Below, piece by piece: positions 63,361 to 64,000 of a stretch of DNA of 64,000 nt (position 1 is the stretch's first letter; every line of letters begins with the position of its first letter). Below the pieces are notes generated by a model, which worked only from the letters and a program-made list of their open reading frames with translations, did no database searches and was not told the DNA's origin. The position numbers were made by a program, and so were the translations under genes. Origin of the DNA: Lobosporangium transversale (Eukaryota); contig NW_019029021.1 in NCBI RefSeq assembly GCF_002105155.1, forward strand, positions 310,001-374,000. The letters are read 5' to 3'.

Positions 63361-64000
63361 TGAAGTCTTTATGGGTCTCAGCGCATCGCTAAAACGTATT
63401 CAGTCAATCCAGAACTCGCTAAGTATGCATACTGGCGCTCCAGGAGGGGGTCAGTGTACAAACGCATGAGCATGCTCAACTGGACGCGTTTGTGAAGTGT
63501 TTACATTCATCCGCCCACGAGGCCCTATACTCACCTGGACGCGTTTGGGGAAGTGTTTTGTTATTTTGTTTGGACTTGTAAAAAAATAAATAAAAGTGTT
63601 TGCCCCTCGTCCGCCACAGTTAATGGGGTGGTCGGGAAGTCTAATGAAGCCTTTATGGGTCTCAGCGCATCGCTAAAACGTATTCAGTCAATCCAGAACT
63701 CGCTAAGTATGCATACTGGCGCTCCAGGAGGGGGTCAGTGTACAAACGCATGAGCATGCTCAACTGGACGCGTTTGTGAAGTGTTTACATTCATCCGCCC
63801 ACGAGGCCCTATACTCACCTGGACGCGTTTGGGGAAGTGTTTTGTTATTTTGTTTGGACTTGTAAAAAAATAAATAAAAGTGTTTGCCCCTCGTCCGCCA
63901 CAGTTAATGGGGTGGTCGGGAAGTCTAATGAAGCCTTTATGGGTCTCAGCGCATCGCTAAAACGTATTCAGTCAATCCAGAACTCGCTAAGTATGCATAC
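63361..64000. repeat. 284-bp tandem repeat (satellite), >=2.25 near-identical copies, running off the window
   Basis: Unit starts TGAAG(T/C)CTTTATGGGTCTCAGCGCATCG at 63361, 63645 and 63929. Confidence 0.95.

Noticed and set aside
63361..64000. Possible 5S rRNA or tRNA tandem array, or the repeated 66-aa ORF as a gene
   Set aside because: No 5S/tRNA consensus recognised; the ORF starts at GTG and simply recurs with the repeat.

Overview
Eukaryotic, intron-containing fungal DNA. Gene content and style suggest an early-diverging Mortierellaceae-like fungus (inference). Positions 1-46.4 kb are a gene-dense housekeeping region: C2CD5-like protein, three F-box genes, ATG15-type and DDHD lipases, a biotin carboxylase alpha subunit, a divergent CAX antiporter, SLT11/RBM22 head-to-head with coilin, CTK3, a decayed GH16 glucanase and SCC2/NIPBL. 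From ~47.6 kb to the end the window is a nested transposon cluster running into a 284-bp tandem satellite. It holds three Ty3/Gypsy elements, two solo LTRs with 5-bp TSDs, a hAT element, a 98-bp hAT MITE with 8-bp TSD and an intact DD39E Tc1 element. The most striking object is a 3.7-kb chimeric element (47636-51366). Its PIF/Harbinger two-gene module (DDE transposase plus Myb/SANT-like protein) has its own ~180-bp inverted repeats. These are symmetrically wrapped in ~190-bp arms homologous to the TIRs of the Tc1 element 8 kb downstream, and the whole unit is flanked by a Tc1-type TA duplication. All coordinates and alignments were done by eye; family calls rest on motif recognition, not database searches.
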